64,000 nucleotides of DNA, from contig JBAXWF010000006.1 in assembly GCA_037128515.1 (NCBI GenBank), positions 23,574 through 87,573 of the forward strand, given 5' to 3'. The translations under genes were made by a program, and so were the position numbers. Below, piece after piece: positions 8,494-19,399 of this stretch (positions are counted from its first letter, which is position 1; each line of letters starts with the position of its first letter). The notes below the pieces were generated by a model. The model worked only from the letters and a program-made list of their open reading frames with translations, made no database searches and had not been told where the DNA came from. The DNA comes from Bacteroidota bacterium. GTDB taxonomy: Bacteria > Bacteroidota > Bacteroidia > Bacteroidales > CAIWKO01.

Positions 8494-9723
8494 ATGGAAA
8501 CTAACAAAATCGTAAGTATCGGAAATAAAGGCAAAGGCATACGGTCCGATTGCTTTGTTTCGCTTCAACTAAACAATTCGGGAGGAATTCAAACCGAACT
8601 TATTAGCAAAGTAAAAGTCCTTTACGGAAAAAGTATTCTGAAATTGATTGACGAAATACTGAATTTCTTCGAAATCAAAAATGCCAAAGTAAGCATTGAA
8701 GATTCGGGAGCACTACCCTTTTTAATAGCCGCCCGAATAGAAGCCGCCATAAAACTGCTGATAACTACCGATAAAGATTTTTTGCTACCCATTTTACCAC
8801 AAAACAACTATCAAACCACCAAAGAGCAAAACCGTTTTTCACGATTATATTTGCCCGGCAACACCACCAGTTTGATGATAAATGCCGGAATTCACCAACC
8901 CGACGGCATAATCCTCGATTTAGAAGACGCCGTGGCACCCGATAAAAAATACGAAGCCAGTTTTGTTGTTCGCAATGCATTGCGTAATATTGATTTCTAC
9001 GGATGCGAACGCATGGTACGCATCAATCAAGTTCCAAGCGGCCTCCAAGATCTCCACTTTATAGTACCACATAACGTAAATTTAATTTTGGTTCCAAAAT
9101 GCGAAAATGCCAACCAAATTCATTTAGTCAATCAAAAAATCGCCGAAATAAAAACAAAACACCGCATCCAAAACACTATATGGCTCATGCCCATTATCGA
9201 AAGTGCACTTGGCGTGATCAATTGCATGGAAATAGCCAAAGCAGCCGATAACATTGTAGCCTTGGCAATTGGTCTCGAAGACTATACCGCAGATTTGGGC
9301 GTTAAACGAACAGCCGAAGCCACCGAATCCTTTTTTGCCCGAAGCATGGTGGTAAATGCATGTCGCGCTGCCGGCATCCAACCCATCGATTCCGTATTTT
9401 CCGATGTAGCCGATTTAGAAGGATTAAAACAAAATGTTTTAAAATCAAAAGCACTTGGATTTGATGGTATGGGTTGCATCCATCCCCGACAAATAAAGGT
9501 TATTCACGAAAACTTCGCCCCCGACAATGCCGAAATCGAAAAAGCGAAAAAAATTGTCAAAGCATTTATCGAAGCACGCGAAAAAGGCCTGGGAGTTGTT
9601 TCATTAGGAACAAAAATGATTGATGCACCCGTGGTTAAAAGAGCCGAAAAAACTATCGATGTTGCTACATCATTAGGTAAAATTTCAAAAAACTGGAGAG
9701 AAGAAAACGATGAAAAAATATGA
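8494..9723 (+). CDS. citE: Citrate lyase acyl-carrier (CitD-like) fused to citryl-CoA lyase beta subunit (CitE)
   Basis: N-terminal IRSDCFV...VKVLYGKSI...IEDSGALPFLIAARIEAA (CitD-like); C-terminal RSRLYLPG-like start, ILDLEDAV, VRIN, IIESALG, GMGCIHPRQI, KMIDAPVV. Confidence 0.88.
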   Translation: METNKIVSIGNKGKGIRSDCFVSLQLNNSGGIQTELISKVKVLYGKSILKLIDEILNFFEIKNAKVSIEDSGALPFLIAARIEAAIKLLITTDKDFLLPILPQNNYQTTKEQNRFSRLYLPGNTTSLMINAGIHQPDGIILDLEDAVAPDKKYEASFVVRNALRNIDFYGCERMVRINQVPSGLQDLHFIVPHNVNLILVPKCENANQIHLVNQKIAEIKTKHRIQNTIWLMPIIESALGVINCMEIAKAADNIVALAIGLEDYTADLGVKRTAEATESFFARSMVVNACRAAGIQPIDSVFSDVADLEGLKQNVLKSKALGFDGMGCIHPRQIKVIHENFAPDNAEIEKAKKIVKAFIEAREKGLGVVSLGTKMIDAPVVKRAEKTIDVATSLGKISKNWREENDEKI

Positions 9724-11272
9724 TAAACTTGTAAAAAACGCATTAGGACGAATCGTCCCAACTGAAATCAACGGCAAAGAAGCTATTCCGTATCTTGGAA
9801 TCGGAAAATTTAAACCTACCGGTCGAAAATATGCCCCGCCAATTGTAAGTTGTGCCGATTTTCCGGCCGATGGTAATAAAATAATTCCAACGCTGAAACA
9901 AGCCTTGATTAGTGCAGGGCTCAAAGATGGCATGACCCTTTCAACGCACCATCATTTTCGTAACGGCGATTTAATAGCGCAACAAATTTTCGATATTGCA
10001 TTCGAACTTGGCATCAAAAACCTAGTTTGGTTTCCGTCCGCATCTTTCGAGTGTCATGCTCCAATGGTAAAATATCTTGAAGACGGAACTATTCATCACA
10101 TCGAAGGCAGCATGAACGGCTCTCTGGGTCGGTTCACCTCCAATGGAAAAATGAAAGGCTTGGGAGTGCTTCGTTCTCACGGAGGCCGATATCAGGCCGT
10201 TCAAGATGGTGAGGTACATATTGATATTGCAGTTATAGCAGCACCCACTGCCGATTCATTTGGAAATGCCACCGGCGACAGAGGTCCTGCTGCTTGTGGG
10301 CTCTTAGGTTTTGCTCTCGCCGATTCGCAATATGCCGATAAAGTAATTGTTGTTACCGATAATTTAGTCCCATTTCCTTGTATTCCTTGGCAAATTCATG
10401 GCAATTATGTCGATCATGTTGTTGTAACAGATAAAATTGGAATCCCCGAAAAAATAGTTTCCGGAACAACAGAAATAACGAAAAGCCCCGACCGTTTGCT
10501 GTTAGCCGAAATGTCGGCACAATTCTGCGACGAAGCCGATATAATTCGCGATGGGTTCTCATTTCAAGCCGGAGCAGGCGGAACTGCCCTATCCATCGGA
10601 GTTTACTTTGCAGACATTTTGCGCGAAAGAGGCATGAAGGCACGTTTTGCAAGAGGTGGTAGTAACAAATATCTTGTTAAAATGCTCGAAGAAGGTCTCA
10701 CCGATTATATCCTTGATGGACAAACCTTCGATTTGGAAGGCGTACGATCCATGCGTGAAAACGCAGGACATTTAAACACGAGTCCTTTTACAAGCTATAA
10801 CTATCATGGCAAAGGTAATTTTGCTTCAATGATCGATGTGGTAATTCTTGGCGCAACTGAGGTAGATGTAAACTTTAATGCGAATGTTGTAACACATTCC
10901 GATGGAGTTTTACTGCATGGAATTGGAGGATGGCAAAATTGCCTGTTTTCTAAATGTACAATTCTTCCAATTCCTTTGTTCCGTGATAGAATACCGGTTA
11001 TAATTGATGAGGTTACTACAATTTGTGGTCCAGGCGAACTAATAGATGTTATCGTAACAGAACGTGGCATTGCAATAAATCCACTTCGTACAGACTTGCT
11101 TGAAAAATTGAAAAATTCGAAACTCCCAATAAAAACGATTCAAGAATTAAAACATGAAGCAGAAAAAATATGTGGAGTTCCAGAAAAAATTGAATTCGAA
11201 GACGAAATCGTGGCTGTTATCAAATGGGTTGATGGAACAATTATTGATTCTGTCCGAAAAATAAAGCAATAA
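9710..11272 (+). CDS. citF: Citrate lyase alpha subunit (citrate CoA-transferase)
   Basis: GLKDGMTLSTHHHFRNGD, RSHGGR, FSFQAGAGG, ILGATEVDVNFNANV, DVIVTERGIAINP; overlaps the citE stop. Confidence 0.92.
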   Translation: MKKYDKLVKNALGRIVPTEINGKEAIPYLGIGKFKPTGRKYAPPIVSCADFPADGNKIIPTLKQALISAGLKDGMTLSTHHHFRNGDLIAQQIFDIAFELGIKNLVWFPSASFECHAPMVKYLEDGTIHHIEGSMNGSLGRFTSNGKMKGLGVLRSHGGRYQAVQDGEVHIDIAVIAAPTADSFGNATGDRGPAACGLLGFALADSQYADKVIVVTDNLVPFPCIPWQIHGNYVDHVVVTDKIGIPEKIVSGTTEITKSPDRLLLAEMSAQFCDEADIIRDGFSFQAGAGGTALSIGVYFADILRERGMKARFARGGSNKYLVKMLEEGLTDYILDGQTFDLEGVRSMRENAGHLNTSPFTSYNYHGKGNFASMIDVVILGATEVDVNFNANVVTHSDGVLLHGIGGWQNCLFSKCTILPIPLFRDRIPVIIDEVTTICGPGELIDVIVTERGIAINPLRTDLLEKLKNSKLPIKTIQELKHEAEKICGVPEKIEFEDEIVAVIKWVDGTIIDSVRKIKQ

Positions 11273-11303
11273 CGGAAAAAGGGGATAAAGTTCCGTTCTT
11301 GTT

Positions 11304-14300
11304 TTATCGTATTATTGTAATATTCCCTTTTTTCAGGTAAGTGGTTTTATTGTGGCAAGTAACATTCAGATAATAAACAAATACTCCCGGATCGCACGGT
11401 TTTCCATTATAGGTTCCATCCCACCCGTTTTTAATATTATCTGTTTCAAACACTTTTTCGCCCCAACGATTATAAATTAAAAAACTCATGTCGCTTACCA
11501 TTTTACTGCGAACAAAAAGTTCATCATTTTTATTATCTCCATTTGGTGTAAATGCATTGGGGACATAAACATACGGATCACTGCAATACACATCCAATAC
11601 AACAATTCGTAACGTATCCTGAAATAAACATCCATAATTGTCTACGATTGTAATATAGTATGTCGTTGTTTGATTCGGACTGGCAGTTGGATTTGGAGAA
11701 AACGGATTGTCTAGCCCCGTTGGAGGTTCCCAAGTATAAATACAATTCGATATAGTACTAGAATGCAAAATCGTTGACTGCCCTTGATAAATAGTATCCT
11801 TATCAGCATAAACAACCACACTTCCAAAAACAGAATCAACAATAACGTAAAACGAGTTTGATTCCTGACAAAGTTTTGTGTCAGTAATTGTAACGCTATA
11901 ATTTCCGGCACACAATCCAGTTAATGAACTTGTTGTTTGCCCATTATTCCAGTAGTAAAAATATGGAGGTGACCCTCCACTTGTGTTTAACGCAATTGAA
12001 CCTACACAAGCTTCATCGCAAGGAATATTAAATATCTGAGGAAACGCTAAAAGCGGTTCAGGGGCTGGAAGCACAATCGAAGAAATTGAAATGCATGTTG
12101 AATTATCGGTTACTGTCACACTATACGTTCCCTCGCACAGGTTCTGAATAGTATCTGTAATTCCACCATTACTCCAATGGTATGTATAAGGAGGGTTTCC
12201 TGCCGATACCACCACTGCTGCCCAACCATTACATGAATCCTGACACGAGGGTGAAGCAAAATGAAACGAATCTGCAACAACCACAAAAGAAACCAATACA
12301 CTATCAATAGCAGAACAATACCCATTATTTACCATAACATAATAGTATGTTGGAGTTGATATGGTTGCATTCATTGAAGGATTTGTATGCGGTGAATTTA
12401 ACCAGTCAGTAAAATCATGATTGGTTGACCAATGAAAAAGATTTGCATCTTGTGCAGTATTTGCTGTTAAAGTAATATGTCCGTCACAAGTTGTTGTATC
12501 ATGCCCGGCATAAGCATCAAGATCATACACAACCACCTTCTGTCGCAGTGTATCTGTACATACACCATTAGAAACTAATAGTGTATATATCGTAGATATT
12601 GTTGCACTTGAAATTGGATTACATATAAACGGATCACTTAATGCAGTTGAAGGTATCCAATGAAAAGTGACATTTGTGTCAGCAGTAGGGAGAATACCAA
12701 TTTGTATATAATCACCAATACACATGTATTTAGTCGGTATTGTATCACTTGAATTTGATAATACTAGAACTTGTTTAGAAATAGTATCAGACATGTTGCA
12801 AGTTCCCGTATCAGTAACAGCAAGTGTAACATTATAGACACCCGACGAATTATAATAATGAATTGGATTTTGTAATGTTGAAGAATTACCATCACCAAAA
12901 GTCCAAAAATAAGTCATGCCTGCACCTCCAGAATATGAGGTATTAATAAAATGAACCGAATCAGGAATACAAATTACAGGTGGAAGTTGAAAATCAGCTA
13001 TAGTAATTGGCAGCATAAAGTCAAACTTAAATGTCCCATTATTACAATTACTACTATTATTTACGTTTGACCAAGCAAGAGGAGTTGTTGGAAAATCATC
13101 ATTACCACCACACCCAGCACAAACTGACTGATATATTTTTCCTTTACGATCAAAACGACTAGTACCTCCATCAACATGTTCCCAACTAATTGGTCCACCA
13201 AAAAAAGTTCCGTAAACCATTGCAGAGGCATTATCATTGATAACCAATAAATAAAAATCACTATTATCTGTCGTACTTTGATAAGCATCACTACTAATAG
13301 GCAAACCTGATGTACCGCCAAAACTATTAACGGAACCTCCCCATCCCGAAAGATATATCTTGTCGCACAAATCTACTAAAAAAGCTGTTGGAGAAATATC
13401 AGGGCCTCCATTACCAGTGCCAAAGGTAGTAGACCATACAAGATTATCAAGATTTGGATATATCTTACTTATAAATTGGCCTGCACCTGGATGATTCCAT
13501 AATGCATTATTTATAAACGTACTTCCAGGATCTGAAGTTTGTCCATATACATAAATATAACCTTGTTTGCTCCTATCCATTAAATATGTTTGGTCGTAGT
13601 ATGCCGATCCATAATATGTCGATTTTAGCAAAATGCTACCATTTGCAGAAATCTTCGAAATAAATCCATCGGTGGTGCCACCATTATAGGTTGGTTGAAG
13701 CACTCCTATTGTTGTTGGAAAATTTTGAGATACTGTGCCTCCACAAATATAAACATTTGAACTGTCATCAATAACCACCCCATAAACCGCATCAAGGTCA
13801 GAACCTCCAATAAAAGATGACCAAATCATATTATGAAGACCATTATCTATAACAAAAACACATCCATCAAGGGCACCACCACCATAAACTGGCTGGAAAG
13901 CTGCTGCTGAAACAGGAAAATCAACTGATGCAGTGGTTGAAACAACGTAAACGTTATTATTTTCATCAATATTTATCTCACCTCGGGCACCGTCAGCATA
14001 ATTATGTGATAATGGAGCGAAAAAGTTTATTCCATCATTGCTTGTTCCGCCAACATAAGTCGACGATAATAATTGAGTGCCATCTGCACTAAGTTTTGCA
14101 ATATACATATCTACACCCAATGAAAATGTAAGAACATAATCATAAGTAATATTCGTCCCGCCATTAAAGGTGGAATCAAAAGGATTTTGCGTCATTGGGA
14201 AATTATCCGATCCTGTTGTTCCAAAAATTAACAAATTTCCTTCCTGGTCGACAATCGTACTGTGAGGGAGATCATTTCTTGCACCTCCAAGATAAGTAGC

Positions 14301-15293
14301 ATAAATCCTATTCTGACCTGTTGGATCGTATTTTATTATGGCAATATCACATCCTTCAAGATAAGTACCCTCACCACCTGCAAAATTAACTTGAAAAGCG
14401 CCAGGTGAAACAGGATATTCATTCAATCCATTACCAAAACATATACCTCCCGAATAGGTGTTGCCAAACTCATCATACGTTGCTGTAAACCCCCAATTAT
14501 CAGCGAATGAACCTGTATATGTTGAAAAAATCAATACTGGGTCAATTATTAGATCATATTCCTTATCGTAGAAATCAAGAAACTCAAATGTAAGTTTATT
14601 TTTATTAAGCCTAAAATTACACTGTACGGATATTTTCTCACCATTAATAATTTGGTAAGCTATAGGGGCAAGCTCTGTAACCTGATTTACTGAAGTTTTT
14701 ATAATTAAATTCGAATGTTGAATTGATATACTTTTCAAACCTTCGTACTCAATAATAATATTCTTTGGATTTGCTCCTTTATGCAGCACAAATTGATATT
14801 TGAGAAGATGATCTGTTTCAAGCAATTCTAAATCCGTGTTATCATATAAATTTTCGTATCGTAGTTTATTGTAATTTGAAACTTTAGACGCCCATCTTGA
14901 TTTATCATTCCCAATAAAATAATTACTATAATCCTTCCCTTGATCATATCCTTTAATTATAACATTTTTATTTGAGTTTAAGAAATTTGTCTTATACGCG
15001 TGGTAATTAATAATAAAATCAGAGGAATCTGGTTTGATATCTTTACCATGGGAAGTTAATTTATATGAAAGAAGTTTATTAAATTTTGATTGATCTCGAA
15101 AAATAAAACATAAACTATTTTGCTGACATTGTAAGTATCCTTCGTTTAAATCAGCCTTAAATTTAACACTTTTATCCCATTGGCCCTTATTTTCATAAAA
15201 ACGCAACTGTTTTGAAGTTACCGAATCCTTTTCATGCGATACCGCAACAAATGATATAAGAAAAGAAACTATGAAAAATAAAACCTTTTGCAT
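11304..15293 (-). CDS. Large T9SS type-B (gliding-motility C-terminal domain) protein with beta-propeller (SBBP-like), PKD and SprB-like repeats
   Basis: FYENKGQW, LIIDPVLIFSTY, repeated TYLGG and FP(T/V) motifs, WTFGDG..NPIHYY PKD, GGSPPYFYYWNNG, C-terminal VPNAFTPNGDNKND..IYNRWGEKVF..WDG..KGNITIIR. Confidence 0.88.
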   Translation of the reverse strand: MQKVLFFIVSFLISFVAVSHEKDSVTSKQLRFYENKGQWDKSVKFKADLNEGYLQCQQNSLCFIFRDQSKFNKLLSYKLTSHGKDIKPDSSDFIINYHAYKTNFLNSNKNVIIKGYDQGKDYSNYFIGNDKSRWASKVSNYNKLRYENLYDNTDLELLETDHLLKYQFVLHKGANPKNIIIEYEGLKSISIQHSNLIIKTSVNQVTELAPIAYQIINGEKISVQCNFRLNKNKLTFEFLDFYDKEYDLIIDPVLIFSTYTGSFADNWGFTATYDEFGNTYSGGICFGNGLNEYPVSPGAFQVNFAGGEGTYLEGCDIAIIKYDPTGQNRIYATYLGGARNDLPHSTIVDQEGNLLIFGTTGSDNFPMTQNPFDSTFNGGTNITYDYVLTFSLGVDMYIAKLSADGTQLLSSTYVGGTSNDGINFFAPLSHNYADGARGEINIDENNNVYVVSTTASVDFPVSAAAFQPVYGGGALDGCVFVIDNGLHNMIWSSFIGGSDLDAVYGVVIDDSSNVYICGGTVSQNFPTTIGVLQPTYNGGTTDGFISKISANGSILLKSTYYGSAYYDQTYLMDRSKQGYIYVYGQTSDPGSTFINNALWNHPGAGQFISKIYPNLDNLVWSTTFGTGNGGPDISPTAFLVDLCDKIYLSGWGGSVNSFGGTSGLPISSDAYQSTTDNSDFYLLVINDNASAMVYGTFFGGPISWEHVDGGTSRFDRKGKIYQSVCAGCGGNDDFPTTPLAWSNVNNSSNCNNGTFKFDFMLPITIADFQLPPVICIPDSVHFINTSYSGGAGMTYFWTFGDGNSSTLQNPIHYYNSSGVYNVTLAVTDTGTCNMSDTISKQVLVLSNSSDTIPTKYMCIGDYIQIGILPTADTNVTFHWIPSTALSDPFICNPISSATISTIYTLLVSNGVCTDTLRQKVVVYDLDAYAGHDTTTCDGHITLTANTAQDANLFHWSTNHDFTDWLNSPHTNPSMNATISTPTYYYVMVNNGYCSAIDSVLVSFVVVADSFHFASPSCQDSCNGWAAVVVSAGNPPYTYHWSNGGITDTIQNLCEGTYSVTVTDNSTCISISSIVLPAPEPLLAFPQIFNIPCDEACVGSIALNTSGGSPPYFYYWNNGQTTSSLTGLCAGNYSVTITDTKLCQESNSFYVIVDSVFGSVVVYADKDTIYQGQSTILHSSTISNCIYTWEPPTGLDNPFSPNPTASPNQTTTYYITIVDNYGCLFQDTLRIVVLDVYCSDPYVYVPNAFTPNGDNKNDELFVRSKMVSDMSFLIYNRWGEKVFETDNIKNGWDGTYNGKPCDPGVFVYYLNVTCHNKTTYLKKGNITIIR

Positions 15294-15361
15294 TTATACA
15301 ACAATTACCATAACAAATATACGAATTTTTATAACAGCAAAAATTATGGTCAAGATAAAAA

Positions 15362-16117
15362 TTATTCATTATTCATAAAACCCTGTTGTTCTATTACGTT
15401 CAAAAAACTTTTTGAAAAATATATATTGTCCTTTTTGGTATAACGTTTCTGTGTAAAAATCTGTGCAAGATTTTCCAATTGATTCTCATCAATTAGTTGT
15501 TTAGTTTGAGGTAGGTTTTCTTTCTCAGCATATAATGAATCTATTTTCTCAGGTTTATAGTGCTGGTATTTTTCATAATGAACAATTGCTTCAAGGGGTA
15601 ATCTATCTGTTAACTCCAAGTTTTCTTCAGGATAACCAATAACAAGAGTTGTTATGGGAATTACTCCAATTGGGCATTGAAAAAAATCAATTAGTTTATT
15701 GGCATTGTATATGGTTGTTCCTAAATAGCATATTCCTAAACCATTCGATTCAGCAGCAAGTGCCACATTTTGAGCAACTATAAGAGCATCCGTTGCAGCA
15801 GTCATAAATGAAAGAAAATTACCATATCCAGGTTCTGCATTCCGTTGGTTACACCATTGATTGAATCGATGAAAATCCGCACAGAATGTTAATAGCAAAG
15901 GAGCTTGCAAAACCATATTTTGTTTAAAGTGAAATTCCCATAATAGCTTTTTATTTTCTGCATCTTGAGTAACAATTATACTATATACCTGCATATTGCC
16001 AGTAGTTGAAGCTCTTGTTCCTGCTTCAAGTATTTGCTCCAAAATTTCTTTTCTGATTGGAGTATTTTTATATTTTCTTATACTTCTATGTTCTAATATT
16101 GTTTTAATTGTATCCAT
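15362..16117 (-). CDS. Nitroreductase / NADPH-dependent flavin oxidoreductase (NfsA/Frp-like)
   Basis: HRSIRKY, ASTTGNMQVYSII, CADFHR, AAESNGLGICYLG, DRLPLEAIVHYEKY. Confidence 0.88.
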   Translation of the reverse strand: MDTIKTILEHRSIRKYKNTPIRKEILEQILEAGTRASTTGNMQVYSIIVTQDAENKKLLWEFHFKQNMVLQAPLLLTFCADFHRFNQWCNQRNAEPGYGNFLSFMTAATDALIVAQNVALAAESNGLGICYLGTTIYNANKLIDFFQCPIGVIPITTLVIGYPEENLELTDRLPLEAIVHYEKYQHYKPEKIDSLYAEKENLPQTKQLIDENQLENLAQIFTQKRYTKKDNIYFSKSFLNVIEQQGFMNNE

Positions 16118-16200
16118 ATATTAAATAATAATCTCAATAAATCTGAGAAAAAGTTGATTGTATAAATACTTTCAATAAAAAAAAATGCTAAAAAAGGTTA

Positions 16201-16872
16201 TTATTGATTGCTACTATTATTGGCATTGATCTTCTTCTTCCAGTTTTTATTGTCACGGTATTTGCCATTTTGATTATCTACTGGTTTGTTGCTCGTATTT
16301 TTTTTACGTGTAGTCATTGCAATCAAATCGCGAGTATTTTCAAGACGTATATTTTCGCTTAACTTCAATTTCCCTTCTGACAAGATAGATAGATGCTCAA
16401 CTATAACTTCATCTGTAACAGAATCTCTGTTCCAACTTAAATACAACTTTTTTAAATGGTTCGCAATTAAGAGAACAAGTGATTCTTTCTCCTCACCTTC
16501 TTCGTAATCAATTGCTTTAACAATCATGTTCTCAATATATTTACCGTATTGCCTAAATTTTATATATTTGTGTGGATATGAACATTTATATTTTTCAATT
16601 TCTTTAATATTTGGGTCAGGCTTTGGAAAAGGCGAGTCAACATCAAGTTTATATTCAGAAATCATAAATAAATGATCCCATATTTTTTGTTTAAACTCCG
16701 CCGAATCCAACCTTTGTGGATTGTTAAGTTGACACATGATAGCAACAATAGTTTTTGCTGCTCTGTTTCTGCGTTCTCTATCTTCAATAGTGCAGGTATA
16801 TTCAATCATTTTTTCAATGTTTCTGCCATATTCGGAAATTCTAAGCAGAGACCGTTGTGTGTTATATTCCAT
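16201..16872 (-). CDS. DUF4290 family protein
   Basis: MEYNTQR..L.ISEYGRNI, KIWDHLFMISEYKLDVDSPFP. Confidence 0.85.
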   Translation of the reverse strand: MEYNTQRSLLRISEYGRNIEKMIEYTCTIEDRERRNRAAKTIVAIMCQLNNPQRLDSAEFKQKIWDHLFMISEYKLDVDSPFPKPDPNIKEIEKYKCSYPHKYIKFRQYGKYIENMIVKAIDYEEGEEKESLVLLIANHLKKLYLSWNRDSVTDEVIVEHLSILSEGKLKLSENIRLENTRDLIAMTTRKKNTSNKPVDNQNGKYRDNKNWKKKINANNSSNQ

Positions 16873-16976
16873 GTATAATTTTGTATTATTTTAAGATAAT
16901 TCTGTTAATTTGAGAATGGCAAAGATATAAAATATTCCCGACAATCTATCTCTTTGCTATCATTGGTAGGTAGCAA

Positions 16977-18302
16977 TTAATTATTTAATGAATATCTGGG
17001 TTTTCTTTTATCAATAAATTTAATAGGCTTCCTACTTAATTCAGAAAAAATCATTTTATTAATTTCGCTCACTGGTTGAAAAATAAAGTCAGGTATAACT
17101 CTAAGTTTAGCACGAAAACGTTCTCTAAGATGTTGAATAATTTCTTCATTATCGTTTTTCATTCCGATTCGTATCAAAAGATTGTCAGTACTTATTTCGT
17201 TTGTTTCAACTTCAATGATATAATTCTCAATATTCTCAAAATCATCTAATATACTGAACAAGGCCGGTGGGTACAATGTTGTTCCTTTATATTTTATCAT
17301 TTGTTGTTTTCTGCCAATAACCGGTCCAAGCCTAACAGTTTTTCTCCCACACCTGCATGGTTCTATATGATGACAACACACATCACCGGTTTTAAATCGA
17401 AGCAATGGCATTCCTTCAACACCCAAAGTTGTAATGGTAATTTCTCCGACTTCGCCTTCATTGACAGGATTATTGTTATCATCAAGAAATTCTGTAATTA
17501 CTATTTCAGGGTGCATATGTCCACCATTGCCAAAGCCGCATTCTGTAAAAGATGCCCCCATCTCAGTTGAAGCATAAGTAGAAAACAATTTTAAATCCCA
17601 TTTCTTTGCTATACGCATACCTAGGGTGTTTAAAGAAAAATCGTTATTTCTAAGCGGTTCGCCAATGCAAACGGCATTTTTAATTGATGAATTGATATAA
17701 TCAATATTGTGTTTCTCAGCAAATTCGATAAGTTTTAAGATAAATGATGGGACAACAATCATATAACTTGGATTAAACCTATTGATGCTATCCCAATGCA
17801 ACTCCGGCATTCCTGAACCAACCCTGACAATACCTGCACCTAATTTTCGGATTCCCATAAAATAAGCCAATCCTGCCATAAATCTTCGATCCATAGTTGT
17901 CATCAATTGAAAAACATCTTTTGGACCTGCCCCAGCACAAACAAATGAGATAGCCTCATTATATGCTAATCGCTCCAAGTCATGGTTTGTTGTAGCAAAA
18001 GTAACTGGATCACCCATGGTTCCTGATGTAGTAATATAATCAATAATTTTGCTTTTCGGAACACAAACGAAGTCATTGTTATATAACTGAAGATCATCCT
18101 TTGTTGTAAATGGAACATGACGCAAATCTTTTAAAGACTTGATTTTTTTGATATCGATACGATTGCTTCTAAACAATCGTTTGTAAAATTTAGAATATGC
18201 CTGAAGATATTGTAAATCATATTGTAATTGCCTGTCCTGAAATTTAATTATTTCTGCAAAAGGTTTTTGCTCAATAGTAGGGAAAAATCTAGTTCTTTTC
18301 AT
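16977..18302 (-). CDS. Phenylacetate-CoA ligase family adenylate-forming enzyme
   Basis: PFTTKDDL, TTSGTMG, YASTEMG, GEITITTLG, PLLRFKTGD, GRKQQMIKYKG. Confidence 0.88.
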   Translation of the reverse strand: MKRTRFFPTIEQKPFAEIIKFQDRQLQYDLQYLQAYSKFYKRLFRSNRIDIKKIKSLKDLRHVPFTTKDDLQLYNNDFVCVPKSKIIDYITTSGTMGDPVTFATTNHDLERLAYNEAISFVCAGAGPKDVFQLMTTMDRRFMAGLAYFMGIRKLGAGIVRVGSGMPELHWDSINRFNPSYMIVVPSFILKLIEFAEKHNIDYINSSIKNAVCIGEPLRNNDFSLNTLGMRIAKKWDLKLFSTYASTEMGASFTECGFGNGGHMHPEIVITEFLDDNNNPVNEGEVGEITITTLGVEGMPLLRFKTGDVCCHHIEPCRCGRKTVRLGPVIGRKQQMIKYKGTTLYPPALFSILDDFENIENYIIEVETNEISTDNLLIRIGMKNDNEEIIQHLRERFRAKLRVIPDFIFQPVSEINKMIFSELSRKPIKFIDKRKPRYSLNN

Positions 18303-19389
18303 CAGAAATATATTGTTGGCGGATCATATGCTTATAAAGATGCTGCAATATAAGTTTTTTTTCATCATCTTGAAGCAAATAATTGTTTTTTTCGTAATCG
18401 CGTATTTCTTTTAAATAATCTGTAAGTTTCTTTTCAAAGATATCTGAAAATTCAAGACCAATATCTCTATATACTTCTTTTAATGTTCCTATAACATCAT
18501 TTTCAAGTTCCTCGAATCGTATTTCAGTGTAAGCGCCTTCAGGTATCAGATACTTATCCTGTTCAACCTGATTGAGCAACGAATTTAAAACTTCAGTAAC
18601 ATCAGATATTTCAGGATTCTTCCAGTAACTGTTCATCGTATTTTGTGAGCCTACAATTGACCACATTCGAACAGTTGAAGGTACCACGTCAAGTGGGTTA
18701 CGATAAATATGTATAAACTTTGCGTTTGGATACATTTCAATCAATTTTGGGATTCGAAAAGTATGAAATGGATTCTTTAAAATCAACTGCTTTTGGCTAT
18801 TCCAAGCAAGCTTATTATAATACAATCGTGTTTGTTTTTCCCAATTTTTGCACTCTTCAATATTTTCAGGTAAGAACAAATTATATTCATTCAATAAAAA
18901 TGTGTGTCTTTTTGGGAACACCAACCCCAACATGGGAGAAAATCCGGTCAATCGAACCAAAGCAAACTCATCTTCTTGTGGCTCATCTATACTATTTTTA
19001 ATTTGATCGAAAGGACGGGTTTTCCCTAAAGCAATTTTCATTATTGGCTTAAAATAATTATACGCACTTTTGAATCCATTGGGTTGAGCCGTTTGAAAAA
19101 GACTAGGAGCGGCAAGATTTTCATCCAGATTCATCAATTGATGTAAAAAAGTGCTTCCTGTTCGCCAATGTCCAATAATAAATATGGGGGCATTTGGCAT
19201 TTTATAATCGGAGATTTGTTTCCGATATTTTGTTCTATCTCGCCATGCAAATAAAGATGCCCATATAGAATTTTGCAAAACAAATAAAAAGCGAAGTATA
19301 TACTTTGAAAACCACGTAATTTTGTGGTGGCGAACTAATTTAAGAAAGATCCGGGGTTGAATACCTGCTAATAGGTAGGCACTCTTCAT
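18289..19389 (-). CDS. PAPS-dependent sulfotransferase
   Basis: 5'-PSB motif IIGHWRTGSTFLH, PQEDE, LKNPFH, 3'-PB motif IYRNPLDVVPS. Confidence 0.88.
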   Translation of the reverse strand: MKSAYLLAGIQPRIFLKLVRHHKITWFSKYILRFLFVLQNSIWASLFAWRDRTKYRKQISDYKMPNAPIFIIGHWRTGSTFLHQLMNLDENLAAPSLFQTAQPNGFKSAYNYFKPIMKIALGKTRPFDQIKNSIDEPQEDEFALVRLTGFSPMLGLVFPKRHTFLLNEYNLFLPENIEECKNWEKQTRLYYNKLAWNSQKQLILKNPFHTFRIPKLIEMYPNAKFIHIYRNPLDVVPSTVRMWSIVGSQNTMNSYWKNPEISDVTEVLNSLLNQVEQDKYLIPEGAYTEIRFEELENDVIGTLKEVYRDIGLEFSDIFEKKLTDYLKEIRDYEKNNYLLQDDEKKLILQHLYKHMIRQQYISDEKN

Positions 19390-19399
19390 AAAATTTTTA

